Source of the DNA: Cupriavidus necator
Lineage (GTDB): Bacteria; Pseudomonadota; Gammaproteobacteria; Burkholderiales; Burkholderiaceae
Reading direction: 5' to 3'
Assembly (NCBI RefSeq): GCF_016127575.1
Contig: NZ_CP066020.1
Location: forward strand, 120,001 to 152,000
Length of the DNA: 32,000 nucleotides
Of the stretch, positions 15,245 to 24,150 are shown piece by piece. Position 1 is the stretch's first letter; each line of letters opens with the position of its first letter. The notes below the pieces were generated by a model. It was not told where the DNA came from and did no database searches. It worked only from the letters and a program-made list of their open reading frames with translations. A program made the translations under genes and the position numbers.

Positions 15245-17720
15245 GCGTCGCCATTTACTGCCCACGGGCACATCCACTTCTTCTCCATTTACTGCACATG
15301 CCGCCAATGGCCGCGGTCGGCCTGTCGTTCCCGACTTGCCACGGCAGCAGCATGGACAAACGCTCCAGGCGCAAATCGAACGGCTTCAGGCGGTCGCTGT
15401 GGCCGCCCATACCGAACAGGCTGCCCTGGGCCTCTCCAGCGGCCTTGGCGTCCAAATCCAGTTTGCAAGCCAGCCCAATGTTGAGCTTGCAGTGCAGAGC
15501 CTCAGCGCCGAGCGCGGCAACCCCCGGAGTCACATCGAGCTTCTGAGCGTACGGCAGGACGGCGAGCAGACTTTTGCCAGCGTGTTCGTCCCCGAGGGGA
15601 AGCTCGCGCATTTCGAGGGCTATGTCGCGGATTACCTCGGCGAAAAGAAGAACAAGGCCGGCGGGCCACTCGACCACAAGCCGCTGATCAATACCATTGC
15701 CGCCATCCAGCCGATCGAAATCCGCACGCTCTGGACCGACGAGCCCGAGCTCTTGCCAAAAGATCAGGACGAAGGTTTTTGGTGGGAGGCGTGGCTGCCG
15801 GTCCGGGGTAACCGAAACGCGGTCATTGGCGATTTCAAGGCGTTGATGCAGCGTGCCGGCTGCCAGGTGCCCGACAAGCAGACCGATTTTCCCGAGCGTA
15901 CGGTGGTGCTCATGTATGGGAGCCAGAACCAGGTCAAGACCTCGCTGCTCTCCCTGAACTGTGTCGCCGAATTCCGCCGCGCCAAGGAAACGGCCGACTT
16001 CTTCGATACGATGGGCGTTGAAGAGCAGCGCGATTGGCAGCAGGATCTAATCCAGCGGACGCATCTCGCTGCCGCCGAGGATGCTCCGCGGCTCTGCCTG
16101 CTGGATTCCGGAGTGAACCGCGGTCATGAATTACTGGCTCCCCTAATGGCCGAGGATGACATGTACTCGGTCGAGAAGGATGGTCGGACCGATGACGAGG
16201 CGAATCACGGTACGGGCATGGCGGGCCTCGGTGCATATGGCGATCTCACCGAGGCGATCGAGTCGAACGCGCCCATTGCGATTTACCACCGGCTCGAGTC
16301 AGTCAGGCTGCTGAAGGAGGCGGGTGCGAACGCTGGCGAGCCTGAGCTTCATGCGCAGCTCTTTGGTGAGGCCGTCTCCCGCCCGGAAATTTCGTACCCG
16401 GACCGCAAACGCATCTTCTGTTCGGCCGTCACGGCATCGGACTACCGAGATCGGGGCCGCCCCTCTTCATGGTCGGCCAAGGTCGATAGTCTGGCCGCAG
16501 ATGCCGACAACGAAGGACAGTTTCCGCGGCTTTTTGTACTGTCGGCAGGCAATACGAACGATATCGATGCGTGGAACGCCTACCCGGACAGCTTGTCGAC
16601 GAATCTGATCCATGACCCCGGACAAGCCTGGAATGCCTTGACAGTTGGGGCGTGTACCGCCAAGACGACTGCGCATGCAGGCTACGAAGCGATCGCTGAA
16701 GAGGGCGGCTTGAGTCCGTATTCGACGACTTCGGCTGCCTGGCAAAGCGCATGGCCATTGAAGCCTGATGTCGTCATGGAGGGTGGCAATGTCGCGCGCG
16801 ACAATTTTGGTGCCATCGGCATGGACAGCCTGCAGCTGCTGTCCGCCCACCATCTGCCCCGTGAACGAGTCTTCACCACGTTCAACGCGACCAGTGCCGC
16901 AGCAGCCCTGTGCGGAAAGCTCGCCTCGGAAATTGCTGCGGAATATCCTCAGATGCGGCCGGAAACCATTCGCGCCCTGATCGTGCATTCGGCGGAATGG
17001 ACGGAAGGAATGCGCAAGGCGTATCTGCCTGCGGCGCAACCCGGCAAGGCGGCCTATGCGCGTTTGATCAGGCATTGCGGATGGGGCGAGCCGTCATTGG
17101 ACCGCGCGCTCTGGAGCGCGTCCAATTCGCTGACACTCGTTATTGAGGATGCACTGCGGCCTTATAAAAAGGAGCGCGGTGTCGGTCCCGCTTCGCGGGA
17201 GATGAACCTACATGCGCTGCCGTGGCCGCGCGAGGAACTGGAGGCGCTGCAGGGGCTGCCTGTCCAAATGCGGGTTACCCTTTCCTACTTTATCGAGCCC
17301 AATCCGTCAGCGCGCGGAAGCGTTTCAAAGTATCACTACCCGTCCCATCGTCTGCGTTTCGACGTGCAGCGCCCGCTCGATGCGACGACGGAAGCGTTTG
17401 TGGCACGCGTGAACGCTGCCGTCGAGCGTGACGATGAGGATCCTCTAAACGCTGCGGACGCGGACTGGTATCTGGGTGATCGGCAGCGCCATCGCGGCTC
17501 CCTCCATCAGGACGTATGGGAAGGCACGGCTGCGGAACTGGCGAGCCGGGGGGTCCTCGCCGTGTATCCTGCACCGGGATGGTGGAGAACCCGCCCGGGA
17601 CTGGAACGCTTTGACAGCGTGGCCAATTACAGTCTGATTGTTTCCATCAGGACCGAGCAGAATCAGGTCGACCTCTACAACGCAATCGCAAACCAAATCG
17701 CAATAGTAAACCAGGTGTGA
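15222..17720 (+). CDS. ietS: S8 (subtilisin-like) serine peptidase with ~290-aa N-terminal domain (IetS-like)
   Basis: Catalytic triad context: CLLDSGVNRGH (Asp), EANHGTGMAG (His), SAGN (oxyanion Asn), FNATSAAAALCG (Ser). The gene overlaps the ATPase gene by 23 nt. Confidence 0.75.
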   Translation: MPVPPQNKRRHLLPTGTSTSSPFTAHAANGRGRPVVPDLPRQQHGQTLQAQIERLQAVAVAAHTEQAALGLSSGLGVQIQFASQPNVELAVQSLSAERGNPRSHIELLSVRQDGEQTFASVFVPEGKLAHFEGYVADYLGEKKNKAGGPLDHKPLINTIAAIQPIEIRTLWTDEPELLPKDQDEGFWWEAWLPVRGNRNAVIGDFKALMQRAGCQVPDKQTDFPERTVVLMYGSQNQVKTSLLSLNCVAEFRRAKETADFFDTMGVEEQRDWQQDLIQRTHLAAAEDAPRLCLLDSGVNRGHELLAPLMAEDDMYSVEKDGRTDDEANHGTGMAGLGAYGDLTEAIESNAPIAIYHRLESVRLLKEAGANAGEPELHAQLFGEAVSRPEISYPDRKRIFCSAVTASDYRDRGRPSSWSAKVDSLAADADNEGQFPRLFVLSAGNTNDIDAWNAYPDSLSTNLIHDPGQAWNALTVGACTAKTTAHAGYEAIAEEGGLSPYSTTSAAWQSAWPLKPDVVMEGGNVARDNFGAIGMDSLQLLSAHHLPRERVFTTFNATSAAAALCGKLASEIAAEYPQMRPETIRALIVHSAEWTEGMRKAYLPAAQPGKAAYARLIRHCGWGEPSLDRALWSASNSLTLVIEDALRPYKKERGVGPASREMNLHALPWPREELEALQGLPVQMRVTLSYFIEPNPSARGSVSKYHYPSHRLRFDVQRPLDATTEAFVARVNAAVERDDEDPLNAADADWYLGDRQRHRGSLHQDVWEGTAAELASRGVLAVYPAPGWWRTRPGLERFDSVANYSLIVSIRTEQNQVDLYNAIANQIAIVNQV

Positions 17721-18048
17721 GAAGACGACGCGACTTTATCGCTGATTGGCTGCTCGTCCGAGTCAGCCATAAAGGCGTTGAGAAGGCCGGCCAGGTGTTG
17801 CGGAAGTTTGTCCGCCGCCTTCTGAGTAACCAATCCCGCAGTAACCAATGTACGCCGGATAGTGCTACCGCTGCCCCAAGCTGTCGAGGAATACCTGTCG
17901 CTTCTGGATCGCGATGCCGCGCCGTTGAACCTGCGGTGTCGACGCGCAGATTTTGCAGAATGCAGGTGATCCGGCGGCACTGGCGACGCGTCCTTGTTCC
18001 CGAGCACTTGACGCTCGGGTAATTGCACAATGTCATCCAGGTCATACC

Positions 18049-19107
18049 TCAGGGCTTGCGGAGCGAACGCAGGAACAGGTAGGTCAGAAGTATGCGAGAT
18101 GGGGTCTTCTGAACAAAGAAGTAAGGCTGCGGCCTGCCTCCGAATCCCCTGAAGAAGCGCTCGACCGGCTCCAGCACCGAACCTTCGAAGTCAAACGTGC
18201 GCGCCACGCCAGAGGCAAAGCGGATGGCGTCCCAAATGCACAGGCTGCTAGCGCCGCTGGTGCGCAGCTTCGGGTCCGAGCCGGCCATTAGGTAATAGGC
18301 GACTTGTCCGTCCCAGACCAGATAGACGCCTGCATGACGGTAGCCCTGTTTATCCACGGCAATGAAGATCTTGCGGGCCCCTCGCGCCGCGCATGCAGCG
18401 TCCAGGCGGCGCACGTAGTCGTCGGTATATGGCAACGGCATGCGTTGCCGGGTGAAGACCTGCCGGTTAAGTTGGATGAACTCATCGATACCGAGGTCGT
18501 CGCGCACCTGCAGACCATGGCGGGAGCCCGCTTTACGGATTTCGCCCCTGATGTTGTGCTGCATGCCATTCCAGAGCGCGGCCGTATCCGACAGGTCATC
18601 GAGCACGTACGTGTACTTGGTGGTCTGGCGGAATCCCTTCCAGGCAAAGGGCAGCCAATTGGTCTGGCTGGGATCCCAGTGCTGTTGGAAATGGTCGAAC
18701 CGCGGCAGTTGCCCAATCAGTTCGTCCATCAACTCCTTCTGTTGACCCAGCATCCTCGCCGGCTTTCCCGCCATCGGTGCCAGCCACGGTCCGGCCATCT
18801 TGGCCAGCGCTGGCTGGGCGATTACTGAGAACCCATACAGGCGCCGGGGGGCGTAGGGAAGGCTTGCGACCACCTGTCCACCGCGTTCCACCAGGGCAAC
18901 GCCCCAGTTCCCGGGACCGGCGGTGGCATCCAGCCACCACGCCTGGCTGAACAGGGGAATATTGGCCGTATTGCAAAGCTGACGGTATCGGCGTTGCGCC
19001 GCGTCGCCCCCAGTGTCTGTGTCAGGGATCTGCTTGACTGAATCAGCGGGCCCACTTGCGGCTGGTGCATTAGGATCAGCATAAGGTTTGCGCAGATCGT
19101 CGAACAT
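18049..19107 (-). CDS. FemAB-like / GNAT (Acetyltransf_6-type) family protein
   Basis: 352-aa ORF. Its layout and motifs (...YTYVLDL.., ...GMQHNIRGEIRKA.., ...YLMAGSDP.., ...FDFEGS) resemble BioF2-like/FemAB-type acyl- or aminoacyl-transferases. The assignment is from memory only. Confidence 0.5.
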   Translation of the reverse strand: MFDDLRKPYADPNAPAASGPADSVKQIPDTDTGGDAAQRRYRQLCNTANIPLFSQAWWLDATAGPGNWGVALVERGGQVVASLPYAPRRLYGFSVIAQPALAKMAGPWLAPMAGKPARMLGQQKELMDELIGQLPRFDHFQQHWDPSQTNWLPFAWKGFRQTTKYTYVLDDLSDTAALWNGMQHNIRGEIRKAGSRHGLQVRDDLGIDEFIQLNRQVFTRQRMPLPYTDDYVRRLDAACAARGARKIFIAVDKQGYRHAGVYLVWDGQVAYYLMAGSDPKLRTSGASSLCIWDAIRFASGVARTFDFEGSVLEPVERFFRGFGGRPQPYFFVQKTPSRILLTYLFLRSLRKP

Positions 19108-19540
19108 ATCGGGTGGCTTCCTCGAAAAGTTTCCGGCCCGTCCTCATGCCACGCACCTTAACTTCGGCGAGCGGTAGCCCGCGCCTGAAGCTGAAATGAC
19201 GATACATTGCATTCCCACGCAGACGACGAGGCGTTGGTGTATTAGGCAACAAAACCATATGTATGAGCTTGCAAGCAGCCAACCATAGGGAGCTCAATAT
19301 GTCATGGCGAAGAGAGGGCTCAGTGCTCACAACCATACTTAGCCCGGCAAGTTCGGTTTTCCATGGTACGAGTGAAGCCGTGCTTTTGGATGGACCTTGA
19401 CCCGCAAGGCTTCGCCAAGAAGCAGCTCTGGTTCCCAACTTTGGAGGGGGCGGTCGCCGCAGGCTGGGCGCTGGCCAAGCGATAGAATGCAGAACTGCAC
19501 ATAGATCGACACGACGTAGCCTTTTCCAATAAGGAACGGA

Positions 19541-19786
19541 ATGTCAGAAACAACCAATCAGTCCGGAACCGCTACCTGGTCGTATGAAGAGCTTACGGCA
19601 ATCACGGAGGAGTCCCTCCGCCTTCTTCTGGAGAAGTCCCACGGGGACATCTCCACTGGTCGCCGGGACGAGTGGGTCGCGTATGGCCTTTATCTTGGGT
19701 GGTCAAAGCAGACTGAAGGTCGAAGGAAGCGTGAGGACGATGAGCGGCTGTACAAACTTACCCTGCGATTCAGGGGCGCAGGTTAG
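19541..19786 (+). CDS. Hypothetical 81-aa protein
   Basis: An AAGGAA Shine-Dalgarno lies 4 nt upstream of the ATG. I recognise no family. Confidence 0.35.
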   Translation: MSETTNQSGTATWSYEELTAITEESLRLLLEKSHGDISTGRRDEWVAYGLYLGWSKQTEGRRKREDDERLYKLTLRFRGAG

Positions 19787-19962
19787 ACGGACTCCAACCT
19801 GGAGACATCGCTGACATAAGCGCTAAGGGTCGCTCCCCCGAAAGGCTTCCAACCTCTGCGACTATATGTCCGAAAATACATCACCCAATTGTGGTATGAA
19901 TCCGGAAGCATGGGTATACTTGCCTCCGGGTACACATTTCATGTTGTCCCACATCCCGTTGA

Positions 19963-19989
19963 ACCCCCGGTCCCCCGGGGGTTTTTTTC
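19963..19989 (+). terminator. Strong rho-independent terminator
   Basis: ACCCCCGG-tccc-CCGGGGGT followed by TTTTTTT. Confidence 0.7.
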
Positions 19990-20096
19990 GCGGTATCAGA
20001 ATGCTGACCGGCCCGAGCGGCTGCGATGAAGTAGTCGCGATTGGCAGCACGGCTGTAGAGGCTTGGCTGGGCTGGATTGACCTTGGTTAGCCTTGG

Positions 20097-20138
20097 ATTT
20101 GCGAGTTGCGAGTTATGCAAGGCCCTGATTTATAAAGC
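20097..20138. repeat. Copy A of a ~40-bp direct repeat (ATTTGCGAGTTGCG..CAAGGC.CTGATTTATAAAGC)
   Basis: Matches 20508-20542 apart from a 7-nt insertion and 2 substitutions. Weaker similarity extends about 30 bp upstream of both copies. Confidence 0.6.
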
Positions 20139-20507
20139 GTTATCGGCCACGCACGATGCGCCGAGGTGCCGTTCCGTTGTCTTGCAGACATTTGTGTGTC
20201 CTCACGCTGCGTTTCCTAAATGAAACTTAGGATAGTGCTGTGTGTGCCGCGAGCAAGTTACGGCCGGCATCAATGCCATCGGTGCCGTGATCCAGAGTGC
20301 AAATCAAGCAGGCGAGGACAGAGCCGGACGCGTGCGCTAGCGTCGGACGTTGGCGTCAGGGACGCAAACAGAGTGAACATATGGCACACCCAAAGCAGCT
20401 CACTCCTCGAACATGGAACGGCGCTGAGGGCGCTCCCGGACTGTAGCTAAATTTCACCTGACAGGCTTGGATGGCCGTGATTGGCTTCCGGTAACCTTTG
20501 TTTTGCA

Positions 20508-20542
20508 ATTTGCGAGTTGCGCAAGGCGCTGATTTATAAAGC
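20508..20542. repeat. Copy B of the same direct repeat
   Basis: ATTTGCGAGTTGCGCAAGGCGCTGATTTATAAAGC; see copy A. Confidence 0.6.
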
Positions 20543-20972
20543 CTTCTAGTTTGTCACCAAAACTCGTTGCGATGGCGGCGGTGATGGGTGCGGCGCTTGC
20601 GGCGGTGGGATCGGCAATTCGAGGATGCGCCATTGGCGCAGCGGCTGGGTCAGGTCGTCGGCGAGTAATAGCCTACGATCATGCCATGTCAGATGCCAGC
20701 TGCTCTCCATGATATGCTTGTGCTCCCACTTCATGGGCCTGGCTCATGGGGTGATCCAACAGGCGCTCCAGCATGTCCTAGAAACAGGCATAGGGCTCGA
20801 TCAGCAAGTGAATCTGCGCGTGGTCGCCTCGCGAAACGTCTGGCTTTTCCTGCGAAGCTGACACCAGCTGGCCGGGTTCCCGATAAAGGACGCGAACTTG
20901 TCGAATCAAGCATCAAGGCGCTTCAAAGTTCATGTTGCTCTTGGGTCCATCAGCATAGTCGATCGACATTCC

Positions 20973-21221
20973 CTATTTGAGATCGAGATCCCGAATCGGC
21001 GGCGGATACTCGAAAGCCATAATGGCCTCCAGGTTTCCGCTAGCGGTTGTCCTAAACACTTCAATAAGGAAGCGACGCCCGTCGTGATGCACGCCACTAA
21101 CGTGGTAATAAACACGACCCTTCCACTGCGTCAAGCCGACCTCGAGTGGTAATTTAACACCTAACCGGCGCGCATAGTTGTTCAAACGAGGATCGGAAAC
21201 TAGATCATTAAGGTTGCCCAT
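20973..21221 (-). CDS. Hypothetical 82-aa protein in an AT-rich patch
   Basis: The ORF has a protein-like composition (MGNLNDLVSDPRLNNYARRLGVKLPLEVGLTQWKGRVYYHVSGV...). I recognise no family, and the Shine-Dalgarno is weak. Confidence 0.35.
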   Translation of the reverse strand: MGNLNDLVSDPRLNNYARRLGVKLPLEVGLTQWKGRVYYHVSGVHHDGRRFLIEVFRTTASGNLEAIMAFEYPPPIRDLDLK

Positions 21222-21546
21222 GTCGCTCAGCGCTGCGCCAATTGGCGATCCAAAGAATCATAGTTCGATACAAACCGACATGCAAAAATCGATAAATGTC
21301 TTTCAGGTTTCAAATCGATCTTGCAATTTCTACATTCGAACTTTTGCAGTCTTTGCATGATTTTCATAACCAGGAGCCACGGGCTGACCAACGAACAGCT
21401 GCATATGTCAGCATTTGCGGCCGGCGTTCAGTGAGAGCTTACGAGGCCGTCTTACAGTTCTCCCGCGAAGCAAACGAAATGCCACAGAGGTAGTTTCGCT
21501 TGTTCGGACAAAGAGCCGGAGTTTATAAGTGGAAGCGCTGGTGCAG

Positions 21547-21963
21547 TCAGGCTGCCGCTTTGATTGCTCGCAGCGTGGCGAAGTATGCCTTATCCGGGAT
21601 CTGGTCTCCAGACTGGAATAGGGTCGTCGTTCGTTGTACCAGGTCACGTAGTTCGCGATAGATCCGCGCGCATTGCTGACCGAGTCGTAGGCTTTCAGAT
21701 AGACCTCCTCGTATGCTGCGCCAAAGTCGTTCGACGAACACGTTGTCGCGCCAACGGCCCTTGCCGTCCCTCGACAGCTGGATGCCGCGGCCAAGCACGG
21801 CGTCGGTGAACTGTGCGGCGGTGAACTGGCTGTCCTGAACGGTGTTGACGATCTCCGGCGTGCCGTATTTGGCAAAGGCCACCTCAAGCGCCTCGACAGC
21901 ATGGCCACTCTCCAGTGTGAATCGCCAGACCTGACGCCTTCGGCCCCCGCCAAGAAGACACAA
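21547..21963 (-). pseudogene. IS3-family transposase (orfB integrase core) remnant with frameshifts, 5' part missing
   Basis: ...YGTPEIVNTVQDSQFTA..., DNVFVERLWRSI, then a shifted frame reading ...YEEVYLKAYDSVSNARGSIANYVTWYNERRPYSSL, then ...IPDKAYFATL. These are the classic IS3 OrfB C-terminal motifs, spread over two frames. Confidence 0.7.
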
Positions 21964-22114
21964 CTGGGGGCCCGCAGCTTTTTGACTTTGCCGATTCGCT
22001 TCACTAGATTCGAATCAAACGATCGAGGAACAAGCATTGATGGCACCGAGCGAGCCCCGAAGTGGCGCTTGGTGTACATTCAGAATGCAGGGAAACAACC
22101 ATAGGACAACAACC

Positions 22115-22759
22115 ATGACCCCCTGGGAAATTCAAGGTACCGAGCTGATTAACTGCAATTGCTCATACGGTTGCCCTTGCCAGTTCAACGCGCTACCGAC
22201 CCATGGTTTTTGCGAAGCCATGGGTGCGATTTCGATCAGCAACGGCTTCTATGACGTCGTGCGACTCGACGGCGTCAACATCGCGGTGGTGTTCAAATGG
22301 CCGGGTCCGATTCACGAAGGCAAGGGCAAGTGCCAGCCAGTTGTCGACGAACGGGCTAGTCCGGAGCAACGTGATGCCGTTCTGAAAATCATGTCGGGTC
22401 AGGATACCGAGCCATTCGCAACGATGTTCTCTGTTTTCGCGTCGACGCTCGAACAGGCTTACGATCCTATCTTCACGACGATCGATTTCGACGTCGATGT
22501 TGATGCGAGGCGCGGCCGAATTCATGTCGAGGGGGTATTCGACATCGTGGGAGAGCCGATTCGGAATCCGGTGACGGGCGCCGAGCATCGCGCTCGAATC
22601 GATCTGCCGCTCGGCTTCGAATACGAGATTGCCGAAATCGGCTCGGGGACGAGTCGCTCGCAAGGCAATATCGCGCTGAATCTCAATAGCACGTACGCGC
22701 AGTTCGCACGACTGCATATGAACAATAAAGGTCTCATCCGGCATCATACTGCCACATGA
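22115..22759 (+). CDS. DUF1326-family protein (Cys cluster CNCSYGCPCQF)
   Basis: An AGGA Shine-Dalgarno lies 8 nt upstream of ATG 22115. The N-terminus MTPWEIQGTELINCNCSYGCPCQFN is the hallmark I recall for DUF1326. The gene overlaps the next gene by 4 nt. Confidence 0.75.
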   Translation: MTPWEIQGTELINCNCSYGCPCQFNALPTHGFCEAMGAISISNGFYDVVRLDGVNIAVVFKWPGPIHEGKGKCQPVVDERASPEQRDAVLKIMSGQDTEPFATMFSVFASTLEQAYDPIFTTIDFDVDVDARRGRIHVEGVFDIVGEPIRNPVTGAEHRARIDLPLGFEYEIAEIGSGTSRSQGNIALNLNSTYAQFARLHMNNKGLIRHHTAT

Positions 22760-23544
22760 GCTGCATCGAGAATTTCCTCGGCCGTGAGCGCGTAATCACA
22801 GCACTTGGTATTGTTGCTGTTATCGTGTCGTCGTGGTACTACTTGTGGACTGGTGCGGGAACGGGGATGGCTGCACTCGACATGACGGCAGTCGCATTGT
22901 TCCCGCATCGGCTGGCAGATGGCGGCAGCATGGAAATGTCGCTAGCGACCGTGGTCGTGATGTGGTGGACGATGATGATCGCAATGATGACGCCCAGCGC
23001 TGCACCGCTTATCTTGCTGTATCGGCGCGTCATTCGATATTACGGCGCGCCGGAATCGAGATCACTCGTTCCGTCGATGCTTCTTTTGGCTGGCTATCTG
23101 ACTGCTTGGCTTGCGTTTTCGATTTGCGCGACATGGCTGCAGATGATCCTGCAGCCCACCGGGCTTATCTCCGCCATGATGTTGTGGTCGAAGAGCGCGG
23201 TCCTTTCTGCAATCGTTCTTGCTGCAGCAGGTTTCTATCAGTTCACGCCGCTCAAGCGCGCTTGCCTAAAGCAGTGCCGTTCGCCGGCGAATTTCCTTAC
23301 TAAGCATTGGCGCTCGGGAGTCGCGGGAAGTTTCCTGCTCGGCATGCGTCACGGGGCGTACTGCGTCGGCTGCTGCTGCTTGCTGATGACGCTGTTATTC
23401 GTGGGCGGGGTGATGAACGTCTTGTGGATCGCGGCGCTGTCGCTGATCGTTTTCGTGGAAAAAATCGTGCCGGGCGGCGATCGGCTCGGCCGCGTGCTAG
23501 GGGCGGTGTTGATTGCCTGGGCCGGTGTGACGCTGCTGGCATGA
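22756..23544 (+). CDS. DUF2182-family predicted metal-binding integral membrane protein
   Basis: Multiple hydrophobic helices, MWWTMMIAMM and HGAYCVGCCCLLM motifs. It is the usual partner of DUF1326. Confidence 0.75.
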   Translation: MSCIENFLGRERVITALGIVAVIVSSWYYLWTGAGTGMAALDMTAVALFPHRLADGGSMEMSLATVVVMWWTMMIAMMTPSAAPLILLYRRVIRYYGAPESRSLVPSMLLLAGYLTAWLAFSICATWLQMILQPTGLISAMMLWSKSAVLSAIVLAAAGFYQFTPLKRACLKQCRSPANFLTKHWRSGVAGSFLLGMRHGAYCVGCCCLLMTLLFVGGVMNVLWIAALSLIVFVEKIVPGGDRLGRVLGAVLIAWAGVTLLA

Positions 23545-23586
23545 ATGACTGTAGATTCGCCTCGACAGGTGTCAAGCCAAACAACT

Positions 23587-23814
23587 ATGAGCAAGATTCT
23601 GCTTGAATCGACCCTCACTTGCCCGCACTGTGGCTGCGTAAAAAAGGAAGTTATGCCTACGAATGCATGCCAGTTCTATTACGAGTGTGGCCACTGCGGT
23701 GCAGTTATGCGGCCGAGGCGGGGTGACTGCTGTGTATTCTGCTCGTACGGAACAGTGAAATGCCCACCGATCCAACAGAAAAAAGGATGCTGCGTCTCGC
23801 TTCGCGGGGCGTGA
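23587..23814 (+). CDS. GDCCVxC-domain small cysteine-rich protein
   Basis: 75-aa product with CPHCG, CGHCG and GDCCVFCSYG motifs. Confidence 0.75.
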   Translation: MSKILLESTLTCPHCGCVKKEVMPTNACQFYYECGHCGAVMRPRRGDCCVFCSYGTVKCPPIQQKKGCCVSLRGA

Positions 23815-24123
23815 ACTGGCTGGAGTTCAGGAATAGGAGTAGATGACCCTTGGTCTGAGAGTGCCACATGGATAGAGAAAGCGCCGCGTGGCCTGTGCTC
23901 CCCTGGTTCACATAATGACAATGACTCCAGGAATCGCAGGAGCGTCTCGGGTGGCCGGTACCGAGCTCGCTGCCCATCTAGCGGATTCATTTGAGCGCGC
24001 TCGTTCTTCATCGTCAGGCTTCGGCCGAGCAACCATTCAATCTCAGTTGCCCTGACGCCGGACTGCAACCATCACCATGGCAGGCGAATGAGTAGTGCCA
24101 ACAAGGGATCCAGCTTGATGTGG

Positions 24124-24150
24124 GAAAAAAGAACCCGCCGGAGAGGCGGG
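24124..24150 (-). terminator. Possible rho-independent terminator (minus strand) with no obvious gene
   Basis: The minus strand reads CCCGCC-tctcc-GGCGGG followed by TTCTTTTTTC. Confidence 0.4.

Noticed and set aside
19363-19485. 40-aa ORF ending ..LWFPTLEGAVAAGWALAKR, reminiscent of the tail of Ada-type Zn-binding domains
   Set aside because: It lacks the Cys ligands and is too short. At most it is a degraded fragment.
19866-20090. 74-aa plus-strand ORF
   Set aside because: It reads through the strongest intrinsic terminator in the window (19963-19989).
20546-20900. Possible remnant of a mobile-element protein on the minus strand (..VRVLYREPGQ..IHLLIEPYACF*DMLERLLDHP..)
   Set aside because: It is broken by stops and shifts, and I could not assign it to any family with confidence.
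22037-22114. N-terminal extension of the DUF1326 ORF (start at 22037)
   Set aside because: The family-typical N-terminus begins at MTPWEIQG (22115), which also has the AGGA Shine-Dalgarno. The extension overlaps IS3-flank debris.
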